DNA from: Candidatus Poriferihabitaceae bacterium
GTDB lineage: Bacteria; Pseudomonadota; Gammaproteobacteria; Arenicellales; Poriferihabitantaceae
Assembly: GCA_965212085.1 (NCBI GenBank)
Contig: OZ243042.1
Span: 1,921,796-1,985,795, forward strand
Direction of reading: 5' to 3'
Length of the DNA stretch: 64,000 nt
Part shown: positions 8,384 through 19,053 of the stretch, in pieces
Layout: each line of letters begins with the position of its first letter
How positions within the stretch are numbered: the stretch's first letter is position 1
Notes under the pieces: model-generated
What the model was told of the DNA's origin: nothing
Databases searched by the model: none
Seen by the model: the letters and a program-made list of their open reading frames with translations, nothing else
Program-made: the position numbers and the translations under genes

Positions 8384-9028
8384 ATGAATCAGGTTGGCGG
8401 AAAATCCGTGCTGAGAAAACGCCTGCGGCGGCGGCGCAACGCGCTCGAGCGGGGTGCTCAGGCGCGCGCCGCCGTGGATTTGGCGGCGCGGCTGCAAGCG
8501 TTGCCGGCGTTTCGGCGCAGCGAGCGCATCGCCTTGTATGTGGCCAACGACGGCGAGATTGACCCCGCCGGGGTCGTGGCGTGGAGCCTTGAACACGGCA
8601 AGCGGTGCTACGCGCCGGTAATCGTGGGTGGCGAACCAAATCGGAACCGGAACCGGAACCGGCTGCGCTTTGCCGAGATTACGGCGCGCACGGTTTTTCA
8701 GAGCAACCGGTTTGGCATCGCCGAGCCCGCGGTGGCCGCCGCGCAACTGATTGACGCCCGCGAACTGGATTTGGTGCTGTTGCCGCTGGTGGGATTCGAC
8801 GGTTGCGGCAACCGTATCGGCATGGGCGGGGGGTTTTATGACGCGACCTTCGCGTTCAAGAAAACCAGCCCGCGGAGTTTGCCGAAACTGGTCGGGCTGG
8901 CATTTGAAATTCAGCGGGTCGAGAACATCGCCGCCGACAACTGGGATATTCCGATATCCGCGGTGGTCACGGAGCGGCGTATTTACCAGTGTACCGATGA
9001 TGAAGCGCAACGCGGAGGAGGCCAATAA
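8384..9028 (+). CDS. ygfA: 5-formyltetrahydrofolate cyclo-ligase
   Basis: Motifs RIALYVANDGEIDP, NRFGIAEP and LLPLVGFDGCGNRIGMGGGFYD. Start chosen at M13 of the tracked ORF (MNQVGGKSVLRKRL); exact start uncertain. Contains an in-frame (aaycgg)x4 repeat encoding NRNRNRNR. Confidence 0.8.
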   Translation: MNQVGGKSVLRKRLRRRRNALERGAQARAAVDLAARLQALPAFRRSERIALYVANDGEIDPAGVVAWSLEHGKRCYAPVIVGGEPNRNRNRNRLRFAEITARTVFQSNRFGIAEPAVAAAQLIDARELDLVLLPLVGFDGCGNRIGMGGGFYDATFAFKKTSPRSLPKLVGLAFEIQRVENIAADNWDIPISAVVTERRIYQCTDDEAQRGGGQ

Positions 9029-9034
9029 GGTACG

Positions 9035-9493
9035 ATGCAATACTGGCTGATGAAAAGCGAGCCAAACGAGTTTTCCATTGACGACCTGGCGCGGGTCGGG
9101 GTCGAGCCCTGGGACGGCGTGCGCAATTATCAGGCGCGCAATTTCATGCGCGATCAAATGAAGGCCGGCGAGCGGGCGTTTTTTTATCATTCCAGTTGCA
9201 AGACGCCGGCGATTGTCGGCGTTATGGAAATCAAAGGCCCCGCCTATCCCGACCCCACCGCCTTTGACCCCGAAGATTCGCACTATGATCCGAAGAGCGA
9301 CGCCGCCAATCCAACCTGGATGCTGGTGGACGTCAAGTTTCTCGACAAATTCACAACCCCGCTCACCCTGGAACGACTGAAACGGGAGCCGGCGCTGGCC
9401 GATATGCGATTGCTCAAGCGCGGCAACCGGCTGTCGGTGTTTCCGGTTGAGCGCAAACACTGGGATTACATTATGGAGATGACCGCACCATGA
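9035..9493 (+). CDS. EVE (PUA-like) domain protein
   Basis: 152 aa. MQYWLMKSEPNEFSIDDL...WDGVRNYQARNFMRDQMKAGERAFFYHS is a typical EVE/DUF55 N-terminus. Confidence 0.8.
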   Translation: MQYWLMKSEPNEFSIDDLARVGVEPWDGVRNYQARNFMRDQMKAGERAFFYHSSCKTPAIVGVMEIKGPAYPDPTAFDPEDSHYDPKSDAANPTWMLVDVKFLDKFTTPLTLERLKREPALADMRLLKRGNRLSVFPVERKHWDYIMEMTAP

Positions 9494-10119
9494 AAATTAA
9501 CTGCACGAAAATCAACTACGCAAAAATCAACTACGCAAGACTTGTCGTTATGATGATGTTTTCAGTCGCGGTGGGAACACTCGCCCCGCCGCTCCACAGC
9601 CAAACCAACGGGGGCCAAACCATGCTCAGGATGTCCACCACGCTGGGTGAGATCGAAATCGAACTCGACCCGAAAGCGGCGCCGATCAGCGTCCGCAACT
9701 TCATTGAATACGTCGAGTCGGGGTACTTCGACAACCTGATTTTCCACCGCGTAATCCCCGGTTTTATGATCCAGGGCGGCGGTTTCACCAGCGATATGGA
9801 GCAGCGTCCGCCCCGCGCCGCCATTGAAAACGAAGCCGATAACGGCTTGAAAAACCGCGCCGGAACGCTGGCCATGGCGCGCACATCCAACCCGAATTCG
9901 GCCACCTCGCAGTTTTTCATCAACCTCGTGGACAACGCCTTTCTCGACCATACCGCCAAAACCGCCCAGGGCTGGGGCTACGCGGTGCTCGGCAAGGTGG
10001 TGAGCGGTATGGATGTGGTGGAAAAAATTGGCGCGGTGCCGACCGGGCAAGTGGGGGCGTTCGGCGATGTGCCGACAACGCCCGTGGTGATTACCAAGGC
10101 CGAGATGCTGGCGCAGTAG
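9490..10119 (+). CDS. Peptidyl-prolyl cis-trans isomerase, cyclophilin type, probably periplasmic
   Basis: Cyclophilin signature FHRVIPGFMIQGGGF and SQFFINL. Hydrophobic N-terminal segment MMMFSVAVGTLAPP. Exact start uncertain. Confidence 0.85.
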   Translation: MKINCTKINYAKINYARLVVMMMFSVAVGTLAPPLHSQTNGGQTMLRMSTTLGEIEIELDPKAAPISVRNFIEYVESGYFDNLIFHRVIPGFMIQGGGFTSDMEQRPPRAAIENEADNGLKNRAGTLAMARTSNPNSATSQFFINLVDNAFLDHTAKTAQGWGYAVLGKVVSGMDVVEKIGAVPTGQVGAFGDVPTTPVVITKAEMLAQ

Positions 10120-10294
10120 GCCGGCAAGGCCCCGCACAATGCTCCGCGCGGCGCTTTATTTTTTCCCGGCGAGGGGGTACACTTGCCGTCCGTGCCGGCA
10201 CCGGGGCGAAGATCGCACAAAGATCGCCAACCTCCGGGGCCGGCTTATTATGTTTGTTCATAACCATTACCAACGATCACTGATGAGGAAAAAA

Positions 10295-11308
10295 ATGAAG
10301 ATTCACAAGATTGCCAAGACTACTGTGCTTGGTTTGGCTCTGCTGCTCAGCACCAACGTCGCCGTGGCGAAATGTGGTGACGTCCAGCTCGCATCCATGA
10401 ACTGGGCTTCGGCTGAGTTTATGGCCAGCGTTGACAAGCTCGTTCTCGAAGCCGGTTACGGCTGCAACGTCGAAGTGGTTCCCGGCGCGACCGAGACGAC
10501 TTTCGCTTCAATGAACGACAAAGGCTCGCCGGATATTGCCCCCGAGTTGTGGGCGAATGCTTTTATTGACGCCCTCGACAAGGCGATAGCCGAAGGCCGC
10601 CTGATCACCGCCAACCCCGCGCCGGTCGCCGGGCTGGGCGAAGGCTGGTGGATTACGCCGGCCACCGCCAAAAGGCACCCGGACCTGAAAAACGTCCTTG
10701 ACGTACTGGAACGCCCGGACCTGTTCCCGGATGCCGAAGATCCTTCCAAAGGCGCGTTCATTACCTGCCCCGCCGGTTGGGGCTGCCAGTTGGCCAACGC
10801 CAATCTTTTCCGCGCTTTTGAGATGGAAAAGAAAGGCTGGAAACTGGTTGACCCCGGTTCCGCCGCCGGCCTTGACGGCTCAATGACCAAGGCCGTTGAA
10901 CGCGATCAGAACTGGTTTGGTTATTACTGGACGCCGACCGCCATGATCGGCAAGCACAAGATGATCAAACTTGATTACGGCGTGCCGTTCGGCGGCAAAG
11001 AAAACTGGGACGGCTGCATCGCGCTGGCCGAGCAGGAATGTGCCGACCCAAAGCCGTCCTCGTGGACGGTGTCCCAGGTGTATTCGGTGGTTACCGATGA
11101 CTTCAAGAAAAAGGCCGGCAACGACGTCCTTGACTATCTGGGAAAACGCACCTACCCCGGCGAGGTTATGAACAGCATACTGGTTTATATGGGCGAAAAC
11201 CAGGCCGGCGGCGATGACGCGGCGGTGGAATTTTTCACCAAGCACGAAAACGTCTGGTCAACGTGGGTCAGCAAAGACACCGCCAAAAAAATCAAGGCCA
11301 GTTTGTAA
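10295..11308 (+). CDS. Glycine betaine/choline-type ABC transporter substrate-binding protein (OpuAC/ProX-like)
   Basis: Start moved to the ATG at 10295, with GAGGA a few nt upstream. Signal peptide MKIHKIAKTTVLGLALLLSTNVAVA. Followed by ProW- and ProV-like genes. Confidence 0.8.
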   Translation: MKIHKIAKTTVLGLALLLSTNVAVAKCGDVQLASMNWASAEFMASVDKLVLEAGYGCNVEVVPGATETTFASMNDKGSPDIAPELWANAFIDALDKAIAEGRLITANPAPVAGLGEGWWITPATAKRHPDLKNVLDVLERPDLFPDAEDPSKGAFITCPAGWGCQLANANLFRAFEMEKKGWKLVDPGSAAGLDGSMTKAVERDQNWFGYYWTPTAMIGKHKMIKLDYGVPFGGKENWDGCIALAEQECADPKPSSWTVSQVYSVVTDDFKKKAGNDVLDYLGKRTYPGEVMNSILVYMGENQAGGDDAAVEFFTKHENVWSTWVSKDTAKKIKASL

Positions 11309-11461
11309 TCTCCGTAATGACGCTGTCGTAAGTCATTTTTCATTGCGCGCTCGAATCGCCCGCGAGCGGTTCGGGCGCGCCGTTTGTATCCGGCGGTATC
11401 CGGCGGATGGTTACCATAACCGTTTAGTTTTTAACCGGCATTTTCATCAACGGGCCTGAAC

Positions 11462-12352
11462 ATGAATTTTTTAACCGAATTCCCCGCCATGGGGAAACAG
11501 AACCTGCGCGACCTCAAAAAGAGCATTGATTCCGGTTTTCGCGATTTCTCGCGTGAATTCGGCGAGGCGCTGGAAAATTTTTTCGGGCCGCTGCTGAAAT
11601 TTCTGGTGTGGCTGGAAAAACTACTGATTGCCGCGCCGTGGCCGGTCATTATTTTGATCGTGGCGGTTCTTGCGTGGTTCGGCTCGCGCAACCTCAAAAT
11701 CGTTATCGGTAGCGTGCTGTCGTTTGTCGCCATCGGCTACTTCGGCATGTGGAAGGACACCATGTCCACCCTCGCGATTATTTCGGTCGCCACCATCGTC
11801 TGTATTTCAATGGGCATTCCCCTGGGCATATTGATGGCGCGCTCCGACCGCGCCCAGGCGTTGGTCACGCCGGTGCTGGATGTCATGCAGACCATCCCGG
11901 CGTTCGTCTATCTGATACCGGTGGTCATGCTGCTCGGCATCGGCAAGGTGCCGGGCCTCATCGCGGTTTGCATCTACGCCATGCCGCCGATTGTGCGCCT
12001 GACCAATCTCGGCATCCGGCTGGTGGAAAAAGAAGCGCTGGAAGCCGCCGACGCCTTCGGCGCGAACTACAAACAAAGATTGTTCGGGGTTCAGATCCCG
12101 CTGGCGCTGCCCAACATTTTCGCCGGCGTCAACCAGACCATCATGATGGCGCTGTCGATGGTGGTGATCGCGTCCATGATCGGGGTCGCCGGGCTCGGCG
12201 TTCCGGTGCTGCGCTCGATTTCCAACCAGTACCTGGCCCTCGGCCTGATGAACGGCCTCGCCATCGTTGCGCTGGCCATCATCTTTGACCGCGTCTCCCA
12301 AGAGTACGGCGCGCGCCTGCAAAAACACCGCCAGGGCCTGCACCATGACTGA
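11462..12352 (+). CDS. Betaine-type ABC transporter permease (ProW/OpuAB-like)
   Basis: 296 aa, multi-pass membrane protein. Conserved loop [24 protein letters not shown]. Confidence 0.85.
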   Translation: MNFLTEFPAMGKQNLRDLKKSIDSGFRDFSREFGEALENFFGPLLKFLVWLEKLLIAAPWPVIILIVAVLAWFGSRNLKIVIGSVLSFVAIGYFGMWKDTMSTLAIISVATIVCISMGIPLGILMARSDRAQALVTPVLDVMQTIPAFVYLIPVVMLLGIGKVPGLIAVCIYAMPPIVRLTNLGIRLVEKEALEAADAFGANYKQRLFGVQIPLALPNIFAGVNQTIMMALSMVVIASMIGVAGLGVPVLRSISNQYLALGLMNGLAIVALAIIFDRVSQEYGARLQKHRQGLHHD

Positions 12353-13394
12353 TGCCAAAATAAAAATACAAAGCCTCTACAAAATTTTCGGCACCCGCCC
12401 GCAGTCGGCCCTCGCCCACGTCCGCGATGGCATATCCAAGCAGGACCTGCTGGAGAAGCACCACCACGTCCTCGGCCTCAAGGACATCAACATAGACATT
12501 CCGGCGCGCGGCATCTCGGTCATCATGGGGCTTTCCGGTTCCGGCAAATCCACCCTGATTCGCCACATCAACCGCCTGATCGAACCCACCTCCGGCAAGA
12601 TCGTGGTGGACGGCCAGGACGTGCTCGCCATGTCCAAGGATGAGTTGATCGAGTTCCGGCGTCATCAGGCGTCCATGGTGTTCCAGAAGTTCGGGTTGCA
12701 CGTCCACCGCACGGTCGCCGAAAACGTCGCCTACGGCCTTTCCATCCAGGGGATTCCGGTGGAGCAGGCCAAAGAACAAAGCCACAAGTGGATTGACCGA
12801 GTCGGCCTCGCGGGTTTTGAGAAGCACTATCCGTCGCAGTTGTCCGGGGGCATGCAGCAGCGCGTCGGCCTCGCCAGGGCGCTCGCCACCGACGCCGAAA
12901 TTCTGCTCATGGACGAAGCCTTCTCGGCCCTCGACCCCCTGATTCGCGCCGACATGCAGGGCGTGCTGCTGGGCCTCCAGGAAGAGTTGCACAAGACCAT
13001 CGTCTTCATCACCCACGACCTCGACGAAGCCCTGCGAATCGGCGACCGCATCGCCATCCTGCGCGACGGCGCGGTCATTCAGCAAGGCAACCCCCAGGAA
13101 ATCATCCTGCATCCCGCGGACGAATACATCTTCGATTTCGTCAAGGACATCAACCGCGCGCGGGTCATCGAAGTCAAATCGGTCATGACCCCCGGCGAAA
13201 CCGTCCCCGGCCCCGAGTTTCGCCACGACGTGGTGCTCGAAGAAGCCCTCCAGGAAGTAGTCCGCGCCGACACCCGCGCCGGAAACGTCGTCAACGACAC
13301 CGGCCAAGTACTCGGCAGCATCCACATAGACCAAATCATCGCCGGCATCGCCCGCCCCCGTGTGGAAGGCGACGGGGAAGGGAAGTATAAATAA
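12345..13394 (+). CDS. Betaine-type ABC transporter ATP-binding protein (ProV-like, CBS-like tail)
   Basis: ATG at 12345 overlaps the permease stop (ATGACTGA). Walker [10 protein letters not shown], signature [15 protein letters not shown], Walker [13 protein letters not shown]. Confidence 0.85.
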   Translation: MTDAKIKIQSLYKIFGTRPQSALAHVRDGISKQDLLEKHHHVLGLKDINIDIPARGISVIMGLSGSGKSTLIRHINRLIEPTSGKIVVDGQDVLAMSKDELIEFRRHQASMVFQKFGLHVHRTVAENVAYGLSIQGIPVEQAKEQSHKWIDRVGLAGFEKHYPSQLSGGMQQRVGLARALATDAEILLMDEAFSALDPLIRADMQGVLLGLQEELHKTIVFITHDLDEALRIGDRIAILRDGAVIQQGNPQEIILHPADEYIFDFVKDINRARVIEVKSVMTPGETVPGPEFRHDVVLEEALQEVVRADTRAGNVVNDTGQVLGSIHIDQIIAGIARPRVEGDGEGKYK

Positions 13395-13412
13395 AGCCGG
13401 GGCGGTTTTGAC

Positions 13413-13737
13413 GCTGGATTCCCGAGTACGCAAGTGTCCGTAAGCCGCTTGCGCGGCAACGGACACTAACGCTCGGGAATGACGGCAGCGTTGTTGTTAC
13501 GCTCTCGGTGTTATGCCCGCAAAGTACAAATCTCCCTCGGTGTCATTCCCGAACGATAGAAAAATAGGGAGCGTTAGCGACCATATTTTTCATCGTATCG
13601 GGAATCCAGTTTTTTTGGTTCGGCGCCAGCCGGACTGTCGCGCACAGGGATGTGCGCGCGGCGCTGGAAACAGGGGTTTCCCCGCGCCGCACAGGGGGGC
13701 GTGGGGGGTCTCCCCCCCCACAATGCGCGTCACGCGC
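13413..13737. repeat. Mosaic repeat block: module C (13413-13487), module A (13541-13607), module B (13621-13737), all forward
   Basis: Module C is a nested hairpin, ggattcccgag..gtgtccgtaagccgcttgcgcggcaacggacac..ctcgggaatgacggc. The A+B part is near-identical to 7717-7915. Confidence 0.9.
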
Positions 13738-13831
13738 ACCCGCGCCTCATACACAAAATTAGCGCCCACCGTCATCGGACGCCTCGGCCCCGGTGCGATT
13801 TCCCCCCCGAAATCGGTGTACAATTCCCGCG

Positions 13832-15274
13832 ATGAGCCTTCCGGTCAAATCTGCCGTGACGCGCAAACTGCACGTCAAAACCTTCGGCTGCCAGATGAAC
13901 GAATACGATTCGTCGCGCATGGCCGACCTGTTGCACGCCAGTCACGGCTACGAGACCACCGAGGATCCCGCCGAGGCTGACCTGATGTTGCTGAACACTT
14001 GCTCGGTCCGGGAAAAGGCCCAGGAAAAGGTGTTTTCCCAACTCGGGCAGTGGCGGCGGATCAAGGCGCGCAAGCCGGGTTTGGTGATCGGCGTGGGGGG
14101 TTGCGTGGCCAGCCAGGAGGGGGAGATGATCCTGCGGCGGGCGTCCTGCGTGGACCTGGTTTTCGGGCCACAAACCCTGCACCGGCTGCCGGCGATGCTC
14201 GACCGGGTGCTGGAACAGCGGGGCGGGCCGGTCGGGCGGGGCAGGGCGGCGGCGGTGGACGTCAGTTTTCCGGAAATCGAGAAGTTCGACTGTCTGCCGC
14301 CCCCCGGCCTCGTAGGTGGCGGCGTCAAGGCATTCGTTTCGATCATGGAGGGGTGCAGCAAGTATTGTTCCTTCTGCGTGGTGCCGTACACCCGCGGCAC
14401 CGAGTTCAGCCGCCCGTTCGACGACGTCATCGCCGAGGTGTACGGCCTCGCCCAACGGGGCGTGCGCGAGGTTACGCTGCTCGGGCAGAACGTCAACGGC
14501 TACCGCGGCGCGGCCCACGACGGCGGGGTGGTGGAATTCGCCGACCTGCTGCGCTACGTGGCCGCCATTGACGGCATTGACCGGATTCGCTACACCACTT
14601 CCCACCCCCTCGACTTCACCGACGAACTGGCGCGCGCCTACGCGGAAATTCCCGAACTGGCCGGCCACCTGCACCTGCCGGTGCAAAGCGGTTCCGAGCG
14701 GATTTTGCGGTTGATGAAGCGCGGCTACAACGCCGCCGGCTACCTCGGCTGGATCGCCAAAATCCGCGCCAGCCGGCCGGATATTTCGATATCTTCGGAT
14801 TTCATCATCGGCTTTCCCGGCGAGCGAGACGCCGACTTCGCCGCCACCATGGACTTGATCGAACGCGTCGGCTACGACCAGTCGTTCAGTTTCATCTACA
14901 GCCCGCGCCCCGGAACGCCGGCGGCGCGGCTGCCCGATGACGTGCCGATGGCGGTGAAAAAGGAGCGCCTGCGGGTGTTGCAGGCGCGCATCGGCGAGAT
15001 GGCGGCGGCCATCGGCGCGTCCATGGTGGGCGGCGAGCAGCGGGTGCTGGTGGAGGGGCCTTCGCGCAAGGACCCGGCGCAAATGGCGGGCCGCACCGAA
15101 AACAACCGGGTGGTCAATTTCGACGCCCCGGCGGATTTGAGCGGGGCGTTCGTTACGCTCCGAATCACCGAAGCGTTGCCCAATTCTTTGCGCGGCGTGT
15201 TGTCCACGCCGCCGGCGTCCATGCAGAAGATGCAAAAAATCGAAACCAGGGTTGCCCGGCCCCGCGCTGAATAA
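13832..15274 (+). CDS. miaB: tRNA-2-methylthio-N6-dimethylallyladenosine synthase
   Basis: Start moved to the ATG at 13832 ([27 protein letters not shown]). MTTase Cys residues ([15 protein letters not shown]), radical-SAM [15 protein letters not shown]-like C-terminus. Confidence 0.9.
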   Translation: MSLPVKSAVTRKLHVKTFGCQMNEYDSSRMADLLHASHGYETTEDPAEADLMLLNTCSVREKAQEKVFSQLGQWRRIKARKPGLVIGVGGCVASQEGEMILRRASCVDLVFGPQTLHRLPAMLDRVLEQRGGPVGRGRAAAVDVSFPEIEKFDCLPPPGLVGGGVKAFVSIMEGCSKYCSFCVVPYTRGTEFSRPFDDVIAEVYGLAQRGVREVTLLGQNVNGYRGAAHDGGVVEFADLLRYVAAIDGIDRIRYTTSHPLDFTDELARAYAEIPELAGHLHLPVQSGSERILRLMKRGYNAAGYLGWIAKIRASRPDISISSDFIIGFPGERDADFAATMDLIERVGYDQSFSFIYSPRPGTPAARLPDDVPMAVKKERLRVLQARIGEMAAAIGASMVGGEQRVLVEGPSRKDPAQMAGRTENNRVVNFDAPADLSGAFVTLRITEALPNSLRGVLSTPPASMQKMQKIETRVARPRAE

Positions 15275-16277
15275 CCGAGCCGATTTGAACAAAGCCGCGA
15301 ACAAAGCGCTTCTGTTCCAGTTGCTGCCCGCCGAGAACGAGCGGTTGTCCCGGGTTTGCGGGGCACTCGACGCGCACCTCCGGCAAATCGAAAACCGCCT
15401 GGAGGTCAAAATATCCCAGCGCCACAACGCGTTCAGCGTTACCGGGGCGAACCACCGGGCGGCCCAAACCGAATCCGTCATCCGGAGTTTATTTGAAATG
15501 ACCAAACACAAGGCCGGGCCGATCACCGGCGGCGACGTGCACCTGGAACTGGCGCGGGCCGGCGCTGACGCCAATACCAACGACAGCAACGACGCCGATG
15601 CCGGTGAGGAATCCGCCGAAGAGGTCGTGATCAAACTTCGCAAGCACCTGATTCGCGGCCAGAACCGGCGGCAGCGGGACTACCTGCGGCGCATCGCCGA
15701 CAACGACATCAACTTCGCCATCGGCCCGGCGGGCACCGGCAAGACCTACCTGGCGGTGGCGTGCGCGATTCAGGCGCTTTCCGAAGACCGCGTGGACCGC
15801 ATACTGCTGGTGCGCCCGGCGGTGGAGGCCGGCGAGAAACTCGGATTTCTGCCCGGCAACATCGGCGAGAAAATAGACCCGTACCTGCGGCCCTTGTTTG
15901 ACGCGCTCTACGAAATGCTCGGCTTCGACCGCGTCGGCCGCTTGATCGCCAGGGGCACCATCGAACTCGCGCCGCTCGCGTATATGCGCGGGCGAACCTT
16001 GAACGAATCGTTCGTGATTCTCGATGAGGCGCAGAACACCACGGTGGAGCAGATGAAAATGTTCCTGACCCGCATCGGCTTCGGCTCCAGGGCGATCGTG
16101 ACCGGCGACGTCACCCAGGTGGATTTGCCCCGCGAGCAGGTCTCCGGGCTGAAGCACGCCGGGCAAGTGCTGGGCGGTATTGACGGCATCAGCTTCACGC
16201 GCTTCCTGCCCCAGGACGTGGTGCGCCACCCGCTGGTGCAGCGCATCGTCGAAGCCTACGAGGATTCCGGCGACTGA
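15252..16277 (+). CDS. ybeZ: PhoH-like ATPase YbeZ
   Basis: Walker [20 protein letters not shown], and conserved miaB-ybeZ-ybeY order. Start uncertain because it overlaps the miaB end. Confidence 0.85.
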   Translation: MPGPALNNRADLNKAANKALLFQLLPAENERLSRVCGALDAHLRQIENRLEVKISQRHNAFSVTGANHRAAQTESVIRSLFEMTKHKAGPITGGDVHLELARAGADANTNDSNDADAGEESAEEVVIKLRKHLIRGQNRRQRDYLRRIADNDINFAIGPAGTGKTYLAVACAIQALSEDRVDRILLVRPAVEAGEKLGFLPGNIGEKIDPYLRPLFDALYEMLGFDRVGRLIARGTIELAPLAYMRGRTLNESFVILDEAQNTTVEQMKMFLTRIGFGSRAIVTGDVTQVDLPREQVSGLKHAGQVLGGIDGISFTRFLPQDVVRHPLVQRIVEAYEDSGD

Positions 16278-16732
16278 TGCAACTGCCACTGCAACTGCAA
16301 GTCGCCTGTGCCACGGGTACCGGCCTTGAGATTCCCGGCCTCGACCAGGTGCGCGCCTGGGCGGCGGCGGCGTTGCAAAAAATCGAACACCCCGGCGGCG
16401 AACTGACCGTGCGCGTGGTGGACCGCCACGAGATGGCCGGCCTCAACGCCCGCTACCGGGGCAAGCGCGGGCCCACCAACGTGTTGTCCTTTCCTTGCGA
16501 GGGGCTGGATGGGTTACCCCTGGCGGTTCTCGGCGACCTGGTAATTTGCGCACCGGTAGTGGCCGCTGAAGCCGAATCCGGGCGAACGCCGCTCATGGAT
16601 CACTGGGCGCGCATGGTGATTCACGGCGTCCTGCACTTGTGCGGCTTCGACCACCAACGCCGGGCGGAAGCCGAGCAAATGGAGGCGCTGGAGCGGGGGA
16701 TTCTGGCGGACCTGGGGATTTCATCGCCATGA
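16277..16732 (+). CDS. ybeY: rRNA maturation endoribonuclease YbeY
   Basis: Zinc motif HGVLHLCGFDH. Start overlaps the ybeZ stop (TGATG). Confidence 0.9.
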   Translation: MQLPLQLQVACATGTGLEIPGLDQVRAWAAAALQKIEHPGGELTVRVVDRHEMAGLNARYRGKRGPTNVLSFPCEGLDGLPLAVLGDLVICAPVVAAEAESGRTPLMDHWARMVIHGVLHLCGFDHQRRAEAEQMEALERGILADLGISSP

Positions 16733-16744
16733 AAAATTCAGTAT

Positions 16745-17400
16745 CCGGTTTCGTTGGATGGGTGTTTGACCGGGTTGTTCGTATCATCCCTGATCCTCAC
16801 CTTTCGGGCTCCGCGCGATTTTGCTCCCGACAAAATTGTCCCGCCCCCGCTCAAGCCGTGGGCTTCGACAAGCAGCGCAGGCACAGGTCGCGACCTGTCC
16901 CTGCTACCTGCAAATGCGGGCATGACACCGAGAACATGGCAACAACTCTGCCGTCATTCCCGAGCGTTAGTGTCCGTTGCCGCGTAGCGGCTTACGGACA
17001 CTTGGCGCTCTCGGGAATCCAGCGGCATACGGCCTACCGGCGGTATAACCTGGATTCCCGAATAGCGATGAAAAATATGGTCGCTACGCTCCCTATTTTT
17101 CTATCGTTCGGGAATGACGGCGAGGTGAGGCCGGAATCCAGCGTCCAATCGGGGACAGGTCGCAACCTGTCCCTACGCCGCAACCGCCGCCCTACGCCCC
17201 AAACCCCCGCCCTACGCCCGCACAAAGTTCCCGCCGTTAGTCAAACCCTTCCGGCGATAGCCGGACTGTCGCGCACAGGGATGTGCGCGCGGCGCTGGAA
17301 ACAGGAGTTTCCCCGCGCCGCAAAGGGGGGCGCGGGGGGCATCCCCCCGCAGATGCGCGTCACGCGCCCCGCGCCCCGCAAACGCGCGCCCCGCGCCCCG
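16745..17400. repeat. Mosaic repeat block: module F (inverted, ~16745-16855), hairpin D (16889-16908), module C (inverted, 16950-17023), module A (inverted, 17050-17125), hairpin D (17151-17174), module B (forward, 17252-17367)
   Basis: Each module matches copies elsewhere. F matches 48119-48195 (contains caattttgccgggagcaaaattg). D is the palindrome ggacaggtcgcgacctgtcc, also at 47991-48013. B plus its left flank 17221-17251 matches 42763-42912 inverted. Confidence 0.9.
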
Positions 17401-17441
17401 CGCACAAAGTTAGCGGCGGGCGGCGTTAGCCCCTGACTTCC

Positions 17442-18956
17442 ATGCAATCCAAACACCTCAAAACTCTCATAGCCCTCATCGCCGGGGCCGCGAACGCGGC
17501 GGCTTTTGCGCCGTTCGGGTGGTGGCCGTTGTGCTTCGTCAGCATCGGCGTATTGTTCGCCCTGTGGCTGAGCGCCGGCTCCGAACGGGCCGCCGCCGTG
17601 CGGTTCGGGTTCGCATTTGGCATCGGTTTGTTCGGCGTTGGCACTTCGTGGATGTACATCAGCCTCAACTCTTTCGGCGGCATGCCGCCGCTGCTCGCGG
17701 GGTTTTGCATTTTGCTGCTGGTGCTGACGGTGTCTTTGTTTCCCGCCGCCGCCGGGTTTGTACAGGGGTGCTTTGCCGCGCGTAGCCCCACCGCGCGGGT
17801 CATCCTGATCATGCCGGCGGTGTGGCTGCTGGTGGAATGGTTGCGGGGCTGGGTGCTCAGCGGCTTCCCGTGGCTGACCACCGGTTACGCCATGCTCGAC
17901 ACTCCCGCCGCCGGCCTCGCGCCCCTCGGCGGGGTGTACCTGGTCGGCCTGCTGGGGTTGATGACGGCGGGCGCGTTGCTGGCGTTGCTGCTGGATCTGT
18001 CGCGGGCCAATCTGTTGTTGTCGCTGCTGGTGGGCCTCGGCTGGGCCGGCGGCTGGCACCTGCAAGGCGTGCCCTGGACCGAACCCCGTGGCCGGGAGAT
18101 TTCCGTGGCCATCGTTCAGAACAACGTGCCGCTGATGCTCAAGTGGGACCGTTCCGAAAGCCACGGCATCATCGCCGGCTATTTCGCCCAAAGCGCTCCG
18201 CTGCGAGACGCGGATCTGGTGGTGTGGCCCGAAGCCGCGGTGCCCGACTACCTCGACCGCATGCCGCCGGACTTCCACCGGCAACTGCGCGAGCATCCCG
18301 CCGACTTCATTTTCGGGGTGCTGACCCGCGAGGTCGTGGAGGGCCGGTGGCGGTACTTCAACAGCATCGCCGCGGTCGGCGGAGGCGAGGGCGAGGGCGA
18401 GGGCGAGGGCGTCGCGTTGTATCACAAGCAGCACCTGGTCCCCTTCGGCGAGTTCCTGCCGGTGAAATGGTTGTTCGGGCCGCTGGTGGAGATGCTGAAT
18501 ATCCCGATGTCGGATTTCACCCCGTGGCGGCGGCCTCAGGAGCCGCTGCGCGTGGTCGGGAATGCCTTTGCCGCCTCGGTCTGCTACGAGGACGCCTTTC
18601 CCGGCGAGTGGCGCAATCAAGTGCCGGCTTCCGGGATCCTGATCAACCTCAGCGAGGATATGTGGTTCGGCGACTCGCCGGCGCCCCATCAGCGGCTGCA
18701 GATGGCGCGCTTTCGCTCCCTGGAAAGCGGGCGGCCAATGATTCGCTCGTCCAACAACGGTTTGTCGTCGGTCATCAACTGGCGGGGCGGGATCGAGGTC
18801 ATAGCGCCGCAGTTCGTCAAAACCGTGGTCACCGCCGGGGTGCGGCCGCGCGCCGGGGTTACGCCCTATACCGTGCACGGCGACAACCCGGCGCTGATCC
18901 TGGCGGCCTTGATCTGGGCGCTGGGGTTGTTGTTCGGCGGGCGCCGGTTGCGTTAG
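17442..18956 (+). CDS. lnt: Apolipoprotein N-acyltransferase
   Basis: 504 aa. N-terminal multi-TM region plus a C-N hydrolase domain (VVWPEAAVP, ASVCYEDAFP). Contains an in-frame (ggcgag)x4 repeat encoding GEGEGEGEG. Confidence 0.9.
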   Translation: MQSKHLKTLIALIAGAANAAAFAPFGWWPLCFVSIGVLFALWLSAGSERAAAVRFGFAFGIGLFGVGTSWMYISLNSFGGMPPLLAGFCILLLVLTVSLFPAAAGFVQGCFAARSPTARVILIMPAVWLLVEWLRGWVLSGFPWLTTGYAMLDTPAAGLAPLGGVYLVGLLGLMTAGALLALLLDLSRANLLLSLLVGLGWAGGWHLQGVPWTEPRGREISVAIVQNNVPLMLKWDRSESHGIIAGYFAQSAPLRDADLVVWPEAAVPDYLDRMPPDFHRQLREHPADFIFGVLTREVVEGRWRYFNSIAAVGGGEGEGEGEGVALYHKQHLVPFGEFLPVKWLFGPLVEMLNIPMSDFTPWRRPQEPLRVVGNAFAASVCYEDAFPGEWRNQVPASGILINLSEDMWFGDSPAPHQRLQMARFRSLESGRPMIRSSNNGLSSVINWRGGIEVIAPQFVKTVVTAGVRPRAGVTPYTVHGDNPALILAALIWALGLLFGGRRLR

Positions 18957-19053
18957 AATGGCCCGAAATGCGTTGTTTCTTGGAACGCAATCGCGTTACC
19001 CTACCCCAATCTACCCCAATCCAACCTAACCCGGACCCAACGAGGGAACTCAA

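Noticed and set aside
8233-9460. ORFs 8233..8562 (+) and 8261..9460 (-, 399 aa) overlapping the 6S-like region, the cyclo-ligase gene and the EVE gene.
   Set aside because: They have no motifs and are antisense to, or out of frame with, two well-supported genes and the candidate 6S RNA. This is the high-GC shadow-ORF pattern.
10120-10294. Leader of the first betaine-type ABC operon, inspected for a glycine or other riboswitch (segment ggcaccggggcgaag).
   Set aside because: There is only a superficial resemblance to part of the glycine riboswitch core. The paired aptamer architecture and conserved flanking motifs are not recognisable by eye.
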